Position numbers and translations under genes: made by a program. A stretch of 64,000 nt of DNA from Myxococcota bacterium (GTDB lineage Bacteria > Myxococcota_A > SURF-8), in NCBI GenBank assembly GCA_965140415.1, contig OZ223209.1:1536001-1600000 (forward strand), written 5' to 3'. Shown in pieces: positions 48,960-59,012 of the stretch. Below the pieces are notes generated by a model. It was not told the DNA's origin. It worked only from the letters and a program-made list of their open reading frames with translations, and did no database searches. The first letter of the stretch is position 1. Each line of letters opens with the position of its first letter.

Positions 48960-49852
48960 CGGAATGCCAGGTCGCGATTGTCGGAGCCGGTCCATCGGGA
49001 ATCACCTGTGCGGTGCAACTGCTGCGCATGGGAGTGACTGTCAAGCTCTTCGAAGCCGAGCGGGCTGGAGGAACGATTCGCCTTGCCTGGCGGGTCGAAA
49101 ACTTCCCGGTCATGCCAGCCGGTGGACCGGGGGAGGAGATTGCCCGACGTTTTGAGGAACATCTGGCCGCTTTCGATATCGTCCCGGTTTGTGCGCGCAT
49201 CCGCCGCATTCTGGTCGATTCCCGTTTTCGCCTGCAAACGGATGAGGACAGCTACGATGCCCAGGCGGTGGTTCTGGCCTGCGGCTTGACGCCGCTGACG
49301 TTGACCGAGCCGCCTGAACTGACTCCTTTTCTCTGGCAGGGAGCGGAGTTGCCGCCCCCTTGCGAAGAGGGCATATTGGTGATCGGTGGTGGGGATGTAG
49401 CCTTCGATCAGGCCGGCAGGCTGGCCTCTGCCGGGTTCAACGTCACGCTGGTGCATCGCTCCACCCGGCTTAAAGCCCTGGCGCGCATTGTGGATGCGGC
49501 GCGGGAAGTGGGTGTGACGATCCGGCATTCTTCCGAGCCGCAGTGGAAAATCGGTGCAACAGCGGTTCGGCGCGGCGATCTTCCGCAGGATGGCCCGTTT
49601 CGTTACGTGCTGCCCTGCATCGGACGCGAGGCGCGTCCGCCTTCGGTGGTTTCCGATTCCGGGCGGGTTCCGCTTGTGCCGATTTCGGCTTTCGGCGAAA
49701 CGAAACAGCCGGGACTGTTCGTGGTGGGAGATCTGGCGCACGGGCGCAATCGGCAGGTTTCCATCGCGATGGGTGATGGCATGCTGGCGGCGTTGGAGTT
49801 GGCGCAGCGTTTCGAAGCGGTGGAGCCGATCGCCATTAAAAGGGGGCGCTAA
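48956..49852 (+). CDS. Thioredoxin-reductase-like FAD/NAD(P) oxidoreductase lacking CxxC
   Basis: IVGAGPSG, VIGGGDVA, GLFVVGD; ATGA overlap with upstream gene. Confidence 0.85.
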   Translation: MTECQVAIVGAGPSGITCAVQLLRMGVTVKLFEAERAGGTIRLAWRVENFPVMPAGGPGEEIARRFEEHLAAFDIVPVCARIRRILVDSRFRLQTDEDSYDAQAVVLACGLTPLTLTEPPELTPFLWQGAELPPPCEEGILVIGGGDVAFDQAGRLASAGFNVTLVHRSTRLKALARIVDAAREVGVTIRHSSEPQWKIGATAVRRGDLPQDGPFRYVLPCIGREARPPSVVSDSGRVPLVPISAFGETKQPGLFVVGDLAHGRNRQVSIAMGDGMLAALELAQRFEAVEPIAIKRGR

Positions 49853-49928
49853 GCTTTAATTGTCCACATTTTCTTTCACATGCGGTTGCCTTGCACTATG
49901 ATGATAGCGAACAGCCGATGAGGAGTCG

Positions 49929-52916
49929 ATGAGTACACGCGGTTTCACAACCTCTGAACAGGTCCATCCGAAGCAATCGGAAACCCGAAGGGTGCGCGGT
50001 GGGCGGAAGGCGGGTTTCGTCTGTCGTTGCGTGGTGGGCATGCTGTTCGTGTTGTTGTCGTTATGGCTGCGAGTCGGCGATGTGTGGGCGTATCCGTCCG
50101 ATCTGGTCTGGCGAACCCTGGAAACCGAGCATTTTCGAATCAGCTATCATCAGGGGCTCGAACAGATGGCCGTACAGGTGGCCAGGATGTCCGAGGCGGT
50201 GCACGCCGAACTGGTCAGCCTCTTGGAGTACGAATCGGGTTTGAAGACGGAAGTCGTGCTCGTCGATCACGTCGATTCGCCAAACGGCTTCGTCAATGTT
50301 TACCCCTACAATAAAACGGCGCTCTATGCCGTACCGCCAGAGGCGGACAGCGCATTGAACGATTACGACGACTGGCTGCGGGTACTGGTTTCCCACGAGC
50401 ACACGCACGTCGTCGCGCTGGATACCAAGTCCGGGCTGCCGCGCGTCATCAATCACATTTTCGGCGGGCTGCTTCAACCCAACCAGGCGGTGCCTCGCTG
50501 GTATTCGGAAGGCATGGCGGTCTTTCACGAATCATTTTTTACCTCCGGCGGGCGGGAACGTTCCAGCGTATATGAAATGTATTTGCGCACCGACGTGCTG
50601 GAGGACAATTTCCGGGAAATCGATCAGATCGGCTCTAACGGCGATATCTGGCCACGCGCCACCTTGTGGTATCTGTACGGTGCCAAGTTCATGCAATATC
50701 TGGCGGACAAGTACGGCCAGAAAACCTTTGCCGCGCTGGGATATCTCTATGGTCAACGCTTGATTCCCTTTGCGTTGAACACGGTGCTCGACAAAATCAC
50801 CGACGACGATTTCATCCGCCTGTACGACGAATGGCACCAGGTGCTGGTTGAGCGCTATCGGGCCGACGCCGCGCGTCTCAAGGCGCTGGGGTTGACCGAG
50901 ATCAACTATATCACCGATGGCGGCGAGGAGCATCGCTCGCCGGTGCTCTTCCCTACGGGAGACAAACTGCTCTACTTCCATGGTCCCGGTCGGCCCTATC
51001 AGCAAGGTCTGGCGGTACTGGACATGAACACGCTGGAGCATGAAATCGTTTACATCACCACGGTCGACGGCGGGGCGAGTGTGGCGCCCGACGGTCGCCG
51101 GATCGTCTTTTCCCAGGTGGGATATTCGAGAAAGGAATACGCCTATCACGAGTTGTACCTGCACGATTTGCAGGAGGGCACGACTGAGCAGATCACGAAA
51201 AACAAGCGGGCCCGCGAGCCCAGCTTCGCTCCCGATGGAAAACGAGTCGCTTACGTGCGCTACGCGCCGGGTCGCGCCTTTCTGGAAATCATGAATATCG
51301 ACAGTGGCCGGACGGTTTGCCCCCTGCCGCCGGAAAGTTTCGACCAGATCTTCACTCCGGCGTTTTCTCCCGACGGTCGCTATCTCGCCTTTACCGGCTG
51401 GCGCTTGGGCGGATTCAAAGACGTCTACATGCTGGATCTGCAAACAAACCGCTTGCTGGCGGTGACGAACGACAACGCGCTGGATGCTTCGCCGAGCTGG
51501 TCCTTCGACGGGCGTTGGCTGTTCTGGTCCTCCGACCGCACCGGCATCAACAATATCTATGCGCATGATATGCAAACGGGCCGGACGCACCAGTTGACCA
51601 ACGTGCTAAACGGCGTTTTCACTCCCATGGCTTCGCCCGATGGCCGACGGCTGTTCGCTTCCAGCTATCACAAAAACGGCTACGATCTGGCCTGGATCGA
51701 TTTGACACAGACGAAGCTGGGACCGTTGCCCGATGAGCCGGAACTTCGCCCCAGCCGCAGCTATTACGACCCCGAGGTTCCATACGAGGAAAAAGAATAC
51801 TCGCCGTTTCCGTCGCTGTATCCGAAAGTATGGCGACCAACTTGGGGCGAGGATCACGATGGCATGACGCTGGGTGTCAGTATCTGGGGAAACGATATCG
51901 TCGGGAATCACAGTTGGACGCTGGATGCCTCCATGGGTGTCTTTAGCGCCGATCCGACGATAGGCGTCGCCTATGCGTATCGCGGTTTCTATCCGACCTT
52001 GTCCGTCAACGCCTCGCATGTGTCCTACTCCTTGATCGATGCCGGAATCAAGGATGGCCAGCGCGTCGATCAGGATGAAGCGCGCACCAGCGGTTCCTTT
52101 TCCGTTTCGATTCCGTTTCGCAGGCGGGAATACGCCGGAAACATGGGTAGCAACTACAGCCATACGCTTTCTTTCAGCGCGGGCTTCCGCCACACGCGGC
52201 TGTTGAATCGCTATGAATATGAACCGCTGGAATCCGCGCCGGTCTACGCCGACACGGGCTTGTCTACCAGCGTTCGACTCGCCTGGAGCTATCAGGATCG
52301 CGACGGCGAACCGGGTTTTGTTGCAACGGCCAGGGGGCGTTCGATGAGCATCGCCGTTCGTGCCGAAACCGATCTGTTGGGCGGGAAATTCAACAGTATC
52401 GCGGCCACCGCCAGTTACGCGGAATACATTCCCATGCCGTACATCAAGGGTCATTCGCTGGCGCTGAAGATCGAAGGCGGCATCGGTGCGAGCGACTATA
52501 AGAACCGTGCGCTCTTTTTCATCGGCGGCCCGCCCGATCAGGATATCGTAGACGATCTGATCCGCAACGAGCGTTCGTATGGAAACTACCTGCGCGGCTA
52601 CGAGCCACTCAGTCAGGCGGGGGATCGCTACGCGATGTTCAAGTCCGAATATCGTTTCGTCGCCTGGCAGATCGATCGCGGAATTTATACACTGCCGATT
52701 TACTTCCGGCGGCTTCACTTCGCGCCGTTTTTCGATGCGGGCTATGCCTGGACCTCGTTCGATGCCGGAGAAATCCGTTATGGCTACGGCGGCGAGGTGC
52801 GCCTGGACATGCTGCTGGGTTATTTCACGCCCGTAACGCTTCGCATGGGAGTGCAGAGCGGACCGCGAACAAACGGCAAAACCTCACTGTTCTTCGGACT
52901 GGATAATTTATTCTAA
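49929..52916 (+). CDS. Omp85/BamA-like outer-membrane protein with N-terminal Zn-peptidase and TolB/PD40 propeller (start uncertain)
   Basis: HEHTH + WYSEG; repeats P.FSPDG; barrel with YLRGY and terminal Phe. Confidence 0.82.
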   Translation: MSTRGFTTSEQVHPKQSETRRVRGGRKAGFVCRCVVGMLFVLLSLWLRVGDVWAYPSDLVWRTLETEHFRISYHQGLEQMAVQVARMSEAVHAELVSLLEYESGLKTEVVLVDHVDSPNGFVNVYPYNKTALYAVPPEADSALNDYDDWLRVLVSHEHTHVVALDTKSGLPRVINHIFGGLLQPNQAVPRWYSEGMAVFHESFFTSGGRERSSVYEMYLRTDVLEDNFREIDQIGSNGDIWPRATLWYLYGAKFMQYLADKYGQKTFAALGYLYGQRLIPFALNTVLDKITDDDFIRLYDEWHQVLVERYRADAARLKALGLTEINYITDGGEEHRSPVLFPTGDKLLYFHGPGRPYQQGLAVLDMNTLEHEIVYITTVDGGASVAPDGRRIVFSQVGYSRKEYAYHELYLHDLQEGTTEQITKNKRAREPSFAPDGKRVAYVRYAPGRAFLEIMNIDSGRTVCPLPPESFDQIFTPAFSPDGRYLAFTGWRLGGFKDVYMLDLQTNRLLAVTNDNALDASPSWSFDGRWLFWSSDRTGINNIYAHDMQTGRTHQLTNVLNGVFTPMASPDGRRLFASSYHKNGYDLAWIDLTQTKLGPLPDEPELRPSRSYYDPEVPYEEKEYSPFPSLYPKVWRPTWGEDHDGMTLGVSIWGNDIVGNHSWTLDASMGVFSADPTIGVAYAYRGFYPTLSVNASHVSYSLIDAGIKDGQRVDQDEARTSGSFSVSIPFRRREYAGNMGSNYSHTLSFSAGFRHTRLLNRYEYEPLESAPVYADTGLSTSVRLAWSYQDRDGEPGFVATARGRSMSIAVRAETDLLGGKFNSIAATASYAEYIPMPYIKGHSLALKIEGGIGASDYKNRALFFIGGPPDQDIVDDLIRNERSYGNYLRGYEPLSQAGDRYAMFKSEYRFVAWQIDRGIYTLPIYFRRLHFAPFFDAGYAWTSFDAGEIRYGYGGEVRLDMLLGYFTPVTLRMGVQSGPRTNGKTSLFFGLDNLF

Positions 52917-52931
52917 AGACCAAAGCAGGTC

Positions 52932-53768
52932 ATGATGTTGCACGAAACAGCATATCGCCACAAAAGGGACTGTACCTGCTACCGCTGTGTTTGGCGTTGG
53001 GTCGCGGTTTTGTGGATCGTTATACTCCTTGCGGCATGTACGCAGCAGGCGGAAAATTCAACCATCGAATGCACCACCGACACCGACTGTTCCTCCGGCT
53101 GGATCTGTGCGGCTGGCGGAATCTGCGAGCTGGCTGCTACCGAATGCCTGTCGGACATCGATTGCGGAGAAGGGAAAATCTGTGAGGCTCGCGTCTGCCG
53201 CACGGCGGATTGCGCCACCGACTGCGAATGCGCGGTGGATAGCGTTTGCAATAATGGCCGTTGCGATTCCAATGAAACGCAATGCTATCGAGACAGCGAT
53301 TGCGGGGAAGGCTATGTGTGCGATCCGTTGGAACCGGATCTGTGTCTTCAAAAACGTTGCGTGCTGGCGGATTGCGCCCTGGATGAGGATTGCCCGGAAG
53401 AGCTGCTTTGCCTGCGTGGCATCTGTGATGTGGCCGAATGCTACTACGATTCCGATTGCGGCGTGGAGAAGGACTGCTTCGATTTTCGCTGCCTGACTCC
53501 TCTCTGCTCCACGAACTCCTGCGATACGGGCTACGTCTGTTTTCACGGCGTCTGCGACGTCTTCCCCTGCGAGAGCAGCAGTCAGTGTCCACCGTTTACG
53601 ATCTGTTCCTACGATCTATGCCGACGGCAGCTCTGCGCCCACGATTCACAATGCCCCGACGACGCCATCTGCCAAGACGGCGTTTGCAGTCCCGCAGAAT
53701 GTCAGCGTGAAAGCGATTGCCTCCCCATCGAACATTGTTCTCAAGGACGTTGTAACCTGAGCCTGTAA
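52932..53768 (+). CDS. Cys-rich repeat lipoprotein
   Basis: Lipobox LAAC; about 10 repeats of C..D.DC.....C....C. Confidence 0.8.
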   Translation: MMLHETAYRHKRDCTCYRCVWRWVAVLWIVILLAACTQQAENSTIECTTDTDCSSGWICAAGGICELAATECLSDIDCGEGKICEARVCRTADCATDCECAVDSVCNNGRCDSNETQCYRDSDCGEGYVCDPLEPDLCLQKRCVLADCALDEDCPEELLCLRGICDVAECYYDSDCGVEKDCFDFRCLTPLCSTNSCDTGYVCFHGVCDVFPCESSSQCPPFTICSYDLCRRQLCAHDSQCPDDAICQDGVCSPAECQRESDCLPIEHCSQGRCNLSL

Positions 53769-53885
53769 GGGTTCTAGCAATGAAGCAAGGGTGCTTTGAC
53801 TGTGTGGCATCGTCTCACGAACGGAGTTCGGGAGGCTGTGTGTCTTCCTCTTGTTGGTTCCGCTTGTTGGTTCAAGTCTCCTGAC

Positions 53886-55207
53886 CACATCTGTCCGGTT
53901 AACTTTAACGCAAACCACAGTAACTATCCAGTATCTTTAACAAAAACACCTCTTTCAATGTGCTTGCGATAGATTTTCGTTCTCGTGCAAAATGGACTTG
54001 TTTTCCATGACCCATTTGCAGGAGGAGCATATGCCTCAAACTGTCTTTTCGCAAGTACTTGATTACTTGCCCAATTGGCATTTCAGACGTTGTGTCCACC
54101 GCTATCAGGGGAACAAGCGCATTCGTACCTTTTCCTGCATGGATCAATTCATCTGCATGGCATTCGCGCAGTTGTCTTACAGGGAAAGTCTGCGCGACAT
54201 CGAAGCGACCTTGCGTGCGTTGGGATCAAAACTCTACCGAATGGGGGTTCGAGGAAAAGTATCTCGAAGTACACTGGCCGACGCCAACGAGCACCGCGAC
54301 TGGCGTATATACGAAGATCTCGCGCAACCTCTGATACGGCGCGCTCGCACACTGTATGCGGACGAAAAGCTCGGCGTCGATCTGGATGCCACCGCTTACG
54401 CTCTGGACACCACGGCCATCGATTTGAGTTTGTCTCTTTTTCCCTGGGCCAAATTTACACGTCACTATGGATCGCTCCGACTGCATACGCAGATGGATCT
54501 GCGCGGACGAATTCCTACCTTTATTTCCATTACAGACGGTAAAAGCCAGGACAAGCGTCTGCTGGATATTCTGCCCCTGGAAGCGGGTGCTTTTTACATC
54601 ATGGATCGCGGATATCTGGATTACAAGCGGATGTATAAAATCAATCAAGCAGGAGCTTTCTTTATTCTTAGAGCACGAAAGGATACGCACACAAAAAAGA
54701 TTTATTCTCGTCCTGTTGATAAAAGCACAGGTTTGAGAACAGACCAAACCGTTTCTCTTGTTGATCGCGCTTCCCTCAAGCGTTACCCCGACCAGTTGCG
54801 GCGTATCAATTACACCGATCCGGAATCGAAAAGCCGATTTGTCTGGCTGACCAACGCTTTCGATCTGCCATCGGAAACGATTCCGGACTTGTATCGGCTT
54901 CGTTGGAGCATCGAAGTGTTTTTCAAATGGATCAAGCAGAATCTACGCATCAAGGCGTTCTACGGGACCAGTGCCAACGCGGTGAAAACGCAGGTATGGA
55001 TTTCGATAACAGTTTACCTTTTAGTGGCGATTTTGAAAAAGGATCTGAATCTCGAGCACAGTTTGATGACGATTCTACAGATTTTGAGCGTCACACTTTT
55101 CGAGGAAAGCCCCATTTTACAGGTACTGAAGGCAAATGGTGATTCAGCGAAATCCCCCCCTTTCGGTAAACAGTTGGAATTATTCAATAGTTAACCGGAC
55201 AGATGTG
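53886..55207 (+). mobile_element. IS4-family insertion sequence
   Basis: Perfect 21-bp inverted repeat ACCACATCTGTCCGGTTAACT (53884-53904 / 55189-55209) around a transposase; exact tips uncertain; no target duplication seen. Confidence 0.9.
54031..55194 (+). CDS. IS4-family transposase (DUF4372 + DDE)
   Basis: ESLRDIE, SRSTLADAN, LDTT, MDRGY, YRLRWSIEVFFKWIKQ (YREK); GGAGG RBS; stop codon inside right IR. Confidence 0.95.
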   Translation: MPQTVFSQVLDYLPNWHFRRCVHRYQGNKRIRTFSCMDQFICMAFAQLSYRESLRDIEATLRALGSKLYRMGVRGKVSRSTLADANEHRDWRIYEDLAQPLIRRARTLYADEKLGVDLDATAYALDTTAIDLSLSLFPWAKFTRHYGSLRLHTQMDLRGRIPTFISITDGKSQDKRLLDILPLEAGAFYIMDRGYLDYKRMYKINQAGAFFILRARKDTHTKKIYSRPVDKSTGLRTDQTVSLVDRASLKRYPDQLRRINYTDPESKSRFVWLTNAFDLPSETIPDLYRLRWSIEVFFKWIKQNLRIKAFYGTSANAVKTQVWISITVYLLVAILKKDLNLEHSLMTILQILSVTLFEESPILQVLKANGDSAKSPPFGKQLELFNS

Positions 55208-55296
55208 GTAGGGAGATCTGAACCAACGGAAGGCACCCACATCTGGTAGCGCAAATCAACGAATAGTGACTTGTAATCCCAGTGATAGCCCCGCCA

Positions 55297-56646
55297 TTAT
55301 TTCTTGAACGGATAGCGCGTAAAGGCCAGAAACGCGCCAAAAACCAGCAGTCCGCCTGCCGGGCCGACCAATAGAATTCCCAGCGGATTCTCAACCGAGT
55401 TTCCGAAGGTGGCGAACAGGAAGGAGGACAGGATCCAGGCCAGGCCGGAGCCGGAGCGCGAGAACAGGCCTTCCATGCCGTTATACATGGCTTCACGACG
55501 GAAGCCGGTCTGCTTTTCGTCGTAGTCGATGATATCCGCCAATAGTGGCCGCAGCAGAATGAAAAAGACCGCCACCGGGAAGGTCGCCAGCGCAAAAACG
55601 ATGTAGCCCTGCACCATCGGATCTATTCCCGGAACCTTGCCGACGAAGTAGGTCATCGGAAGAATGATGGTGAATCCCAAGGCTCCAGCCAGCGTAACGG
55701 CTTTCTTTCCAAACTTCACCGACAGCTTGTTCACTACCGGAAAGAGCAGAATCGATCCGACCATGACCACGATCTGTACGCCTGCGGCATCGGCTTCCTC
55801 GCCGCCCATTACGGTGGTGACGATATACGGGATGGCGACGATCACCATGTCCATGCCGATGCGGAAGAGCGTGGCGAGAACGAGATAGGGGGTAAAGGTG
55901 TGATTTTTGAATACTTCGCGGATGCCTTCCAAGAAGGTAAAGGAAACCTGCTTGTTCGGCGTATACGGTTTTTCCTTTACGCTGAACGCGGTCAGCATGA
56001 AAGCACCCAGCGTAATTGCACCGAAGACGATGCCGGAAAGTTGAAAGCCGTTGAATTCCTGAGCACCGAAAGGCGGCACGCCGCAGCGGTAGGCGTCGAT
56101 CAGCAGACCGGCTCCGCCAGCCGCCAATAATACGCCAATCACTTCGAATAGCGCCATGATGGCACTGACGGTCAGGCGTTCGTCGTTGTGCGGCGTCAGT
56201 TCCGGCAGCAGCGAAAGATATGGAGCAACCACGGCGGCAAACGCGCAGGAAACAACGACCATCAGGCCGCAGACCCAGGCGGCATTGATCAGGCTTTCTC
56301 CCATGACCGGCGGGAACCAGAGCAGAATCATACCGACCACCATAATCGGCGAGCCGATCAGGATATAGGGAATCCGGCGTCCCCAGCGCGTGTTGGTTTT
56401 GTCGGACCAGTCGCCGATGAACGGATTGAGCAGCGCTTCGGCGATGCGCCCGATGGCGAGCATGGTTCCAATCAAGTACATCGGAACGTAAGTCATCAGG
56501 CAGGAGCCTTCTACGTCGGGTGGCGCATAGTAGTACATCGCCCAGGAACCGACGATACTGGGCAACAAGCCAATGCCGAGATTTCCGGCAGAATAGCCCA
56601 GGCGCTGGGGGGTGCTCAACTCGCGCGGCGCGGCGGATTCGCTCAT
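55297..56646 (-). CDS. MFS transporter, GPH (MelB-like) sugar:cation symporter family
   Basis: GDWSDKTNTRWGRRIPY, PYLSLLPELT, LADIIDYDEKQTGFRRE; GAAGGAG RBS before ATG 56646. Confidence 0.9.
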   Translation of the reverse strand: MSESAAPRELSTPQRLGYSAGNLGIGLLPSIVGSWAMYYYAPPDVEGSCLMTYVPMYLIGTMLAIGRIAEALLNPFIGDWSDKTNTRWGRRIPYILIGSPIMVVGMILLWFPPVMGESLINAAWVCGLMVVVSCAFAAVVAPYLSLLPELTPHNDERLTVSAIMALFEVIGVLLAAGGAGLLIDAYRCGVPPFGAQEFNGFQLSGIVFGAITLGAFMLTAFSVKEKPYTPNKQVSFTFLEGIREVFKNHTFTPYLVLATLFRIGMDMVIVAIPYIVTTVMGGEEADAAGVQIVVMVGSILLFPVVNKLSVKFGKKAVTLAGALGFTIILPMTYFVGKVPGIDPMVQGYIVFALATFPVAVFFILLRPLLADIIDYDEKQTGFRREAMYNGMEGLFSRSGSGLAWILSSFLFATFGNSVENPLGILLVGPAGGLLVFGAFLAFTRYPFKK

Positions 56647-56689
56647 GATTTTCTCCTTCACAACAACAACGGAAAGGACGATTCGATCG

Positions 56690-56701
56690 TGTAACGTTAC
56701 A
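56690..56701. promoter_or_regulatory. LacI-type operator-like palindrome
   Basis: TGTAACGTTACA perfect palindrome about 45 nt upstream of the MFS start. Confidence 0.55.
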
Positions 56702-56730
56702 ATGCGTAATCAGAATGCAAGCTCGACGAA

Positions 56731-57369
56731 TTACGGCAACAGTGGTGTTTGAACGTTCGGTACATTCAACGATGGCAACACCCAGAAACGACCATATTCG
56801 ATCGCGGTCTTTTCGCCAAAGGTTATTCGAGCCGAAACAGTGCGTTTTCCCGTGCGCGCGGAATTTTCCGCTGCCAGGGCGATATCGTAAAATTCCAGTT
56901 CATCGACATCGAAACGGACAAGATCGAAGCGAATGTCCGGCCCGAAATCGATGCGCCAGCTTTGAAACGCCTTGTCGGCGTCGCTGAAATAGGATTGCAG
57001 TTCTTCTACATTTTTGAAATGAATGTGCAGATCGTTCAGGCTTTCGCCCTGGCGGATGAAATCCACAACTTCCTGTTCCGGTTGGTCATCACGGATAACC
57101 GTGCGCGTGACCACCAGATTGAATTCTTCGATTTCGCCGTCCTGTGCTTCTTCCGATTCCGTGGTGTCGCCGTCTTCCGCATCCGGTTCCAGCTCGCTAT
57201 CGAGATCGATATCCGTATCCTGTTCCAGATCGCCGTCGGGAAGATCTGGATCTCCCGGAGCGGAAGGCGCAAAGGCGGCGTCGCAGCCGACGAGTAACAG
57301 AAGCGCTGTCAACAGCAGCCAGATTGTATATTGAACTCGAATCACGCCTACCCCGGTTCTAAGGATCAA
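56731..57369 (-). CDS. Hypothetical lipoprotein with acidic linker (start uncertain)
   Basis: Lipobox LVGC; D/E-rich DGD linker then beta-rich domain. Confidence 0.65.
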   Translation of the reverse strand: MILRTGVGVIRVQYTIWLLLTALLLLVGCDAAFAPSAPGDPDLPDGDLEQDTDIDLDSELEPDAEDGDTTESEEAQDGEIEEFNLVVTRTVIRDDQPEQEVVDFIRQGESLNDLHIHFKNVEELQSYFSDADKAFQSWRIDFGPDIRFDLVRFDVDELEFYDIALAAENSARTGKRTVSARITFGEKTAIEYGRFWVLPSLNVPNVQTPLLP

Positions 57370-57501
57370 AAGCTGCCGGATTCTAACACAACTTTAAGTT
57401 GATTCGTCAACAGCTTTATGGCATAGCATGACGATGCTCGGCGTTCGAGTAAACGCTGAAAGAAAAATGGCCACTATTTGAATGAATCAATTTGACCCGG
57501 C

Positions 57502-57530
57502 TTGCGAAAAAATCGATGTTGCTGTATACT
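57502..57530 (+). promoter_or_regulatory. Putative sigma70 promoter
   Basis: TTGCGA-17 nt-TATACT; implies the next gene starts downstream of the ORF-track start. Confidence 0.5.
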
Positions 57531-57587
57531 CAGTTTACTTTTTTTGATTGGGAGAAAGCCACGCTGATTCGACTTACTTTGTGTACG

Positions 57588-58445
57588 ATGTTCATGGGGG
57601 CGCTGCTGCTGCTTTCGATGTCCGCGCGGGCGGAGTCGGAAGAGATGGTTCCGGTGATTTCGGAAACCTTGAGCGTGAAAAGCAAGGTGGCACTAGTTGA
57701 TATCAATGTGGGAACGTCCAAGCGCCTGGTGCAGCTTTCACGCGATGGCAAACGGGCCTACATTCGCATGAGCATGGAAATCAAGGTTTCCGCTTTTTTA
57801 ATGAGCTATCGCCGAAACCTGGTATCCAGCGCCTGGTTTGATGTCAACGGGCTGACCCGCTTTGCCACGGAAATCGACGAGAACGGAAAGCTGACCCAAT
57901 TGTGCGGTGAGCGCTCCAGCGGTGCCGGAGGTACTCGCATGAGCATCACTGGCATTATCGATGGCGAAGTGGTGGATAAAAGCATTTCCTTCGATAGTTT
58001 CAGGTACACGAATCTTGAGAATTTCGCTTATGTTGCCGCTTTGGCGCGGCGGCAGGTGAATTATCCGATTCTGGATCTGTTTACGGGCAAGGTTAACGTT
58101 ACCACGGTTACTCCGTATGGCCGCGAAACCTGCGCGAAACCGGTTATGGATTCCTGTTTCAAGGTAATGGTGGAATCGCCGGAAAATAATGGAACTTTTT
58201 ACTATGCTTCCGATGGTTGGCTGGTCAGTGCCTCGGGTGAGGATACCAAAGGTTCCTATATTTTGCAGGCAACGGAAGCCGGGAATCTTCCCGAACCGGA
58301 ATTCTTAAACGATGAAGAGAATCCCGAAAAACAGCAAGAAGGCGAACCCAGCCTTATCCAGCGATTGTTCGGATTTTTCGGAACCCCAAAGGATCTGATT
58401 TCAGCCGGAGAAATGGAAGCCGGTTCTGAAACCAGTACGAATTAG
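57588..58445 (+). CDS. Exported hypothetical beta-rich protein
   Basis: Signal peptide ending ARA; beta-strand-rich body; start uncertain. Confidence 0.65.
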   Translation: MFMGALLLLSMSARAESEEMVPVISETLSVKSKVALVDINVGTSKRLVQLSRDGKRAYIRMSMEIKVSAFLMSYRRNLVSSAWFDVNGLTRFATEIDENGKLTQLCGERSSGAGGTRMSITGIIDGEVVDKSISFDSFRYTNLENFAYVAALARRQVNYPILDLFTGKVNVTTVTPYGRETCAKPVMDSCFKVMVESPENNGTFYYASDGWLVSASGEDTKGSYILQATEAGNLPEPEFLNDEENPEKQQEGEPSLIQRLFGFFGTPKDLISAGEMEAGSETSTN

Positions 58446-58455
58446 GGAATGTAAA

Positions 58456-58875
58456 ATGGGAGTATACTGTCGCAGGATTCGTGGAAAAATTCATTCCGGC
58501 AGGCGTGCGTTTTCCATGGTTGATCTGATGATCGTGCTGGCGATCATCGGGATTCTGGCGGCGTTTGCGGTGCCGATTTACAAGGATTACGTGCGAAAAT
58601 CGAGGGAATCGGAAGCGATGCGGGCGCTGGGGTCGATTCAAGTCGCGCAGGCGGCATATAAAACCGATCCAGTGCTTGGAAACGGTGAATACGCCGATAA
58701 TCTCACGGCTTTAGGATGGTCATTGGATAAAAATGGGAGCACAACAGGTGTTGCTCCTGCCCGTTATAAATATAGTACGAATTCAGAGAGAGCGCGCGCA
58801 GTGGCGGGAAATGGGGATGCCGTCAATCATGCCACGATCGAATTGACTCATACCGGACAGTTGGAATACCCCTGA
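58456..58875 (+). CDS. Type IV pilin-like protein with atypical prepilin motif
   Basis: RRA|FSMVDLMIVLAIIGILAAFAVPIYKDYVRKSRESEA. Confidence 0.85.
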   Translation: MGVYCRRIRGKIHSGRRAFSMVDLMIVLAIIGILAAFAVPIYKDYVRKSRESEAMRALGSIQVAQAAYKTDPVLGNGEYADNLTALGWSLDKNGSTTGVAPARYKYSTNSERARAVAGNGDAVNHATIELTHTGQLEYP

Positions 58876-59012
58876 CAACCTGCGATCATCTTCGTCCGGA
58901 TTTACTGGAATGCGGGTATAATACCATCGCCAGCAGTAACGGCTCGGTCTTGCTCCCGAATATACAAGAATATTCAGGCGGTTAGCATACCGTTCGATGA
59001 AAAGTGATTGCT

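Noticed and set aside
48704-49741. 345-aa minus-strand ORF
   Set aside because: Shadow of the hydrolase/reductase pair in GC-rich DNA
50532-52718. Two long minus-strand ORFs (352 and 370 aa)
   Set aside because: Antisense to the Omp85-like gene
52932-53768. Repeats as CRISPR array or heme/Fe-S motifs
   Set aside because: Protein-level four-Cys repeats; no identical DNA repeats and no CxxCH
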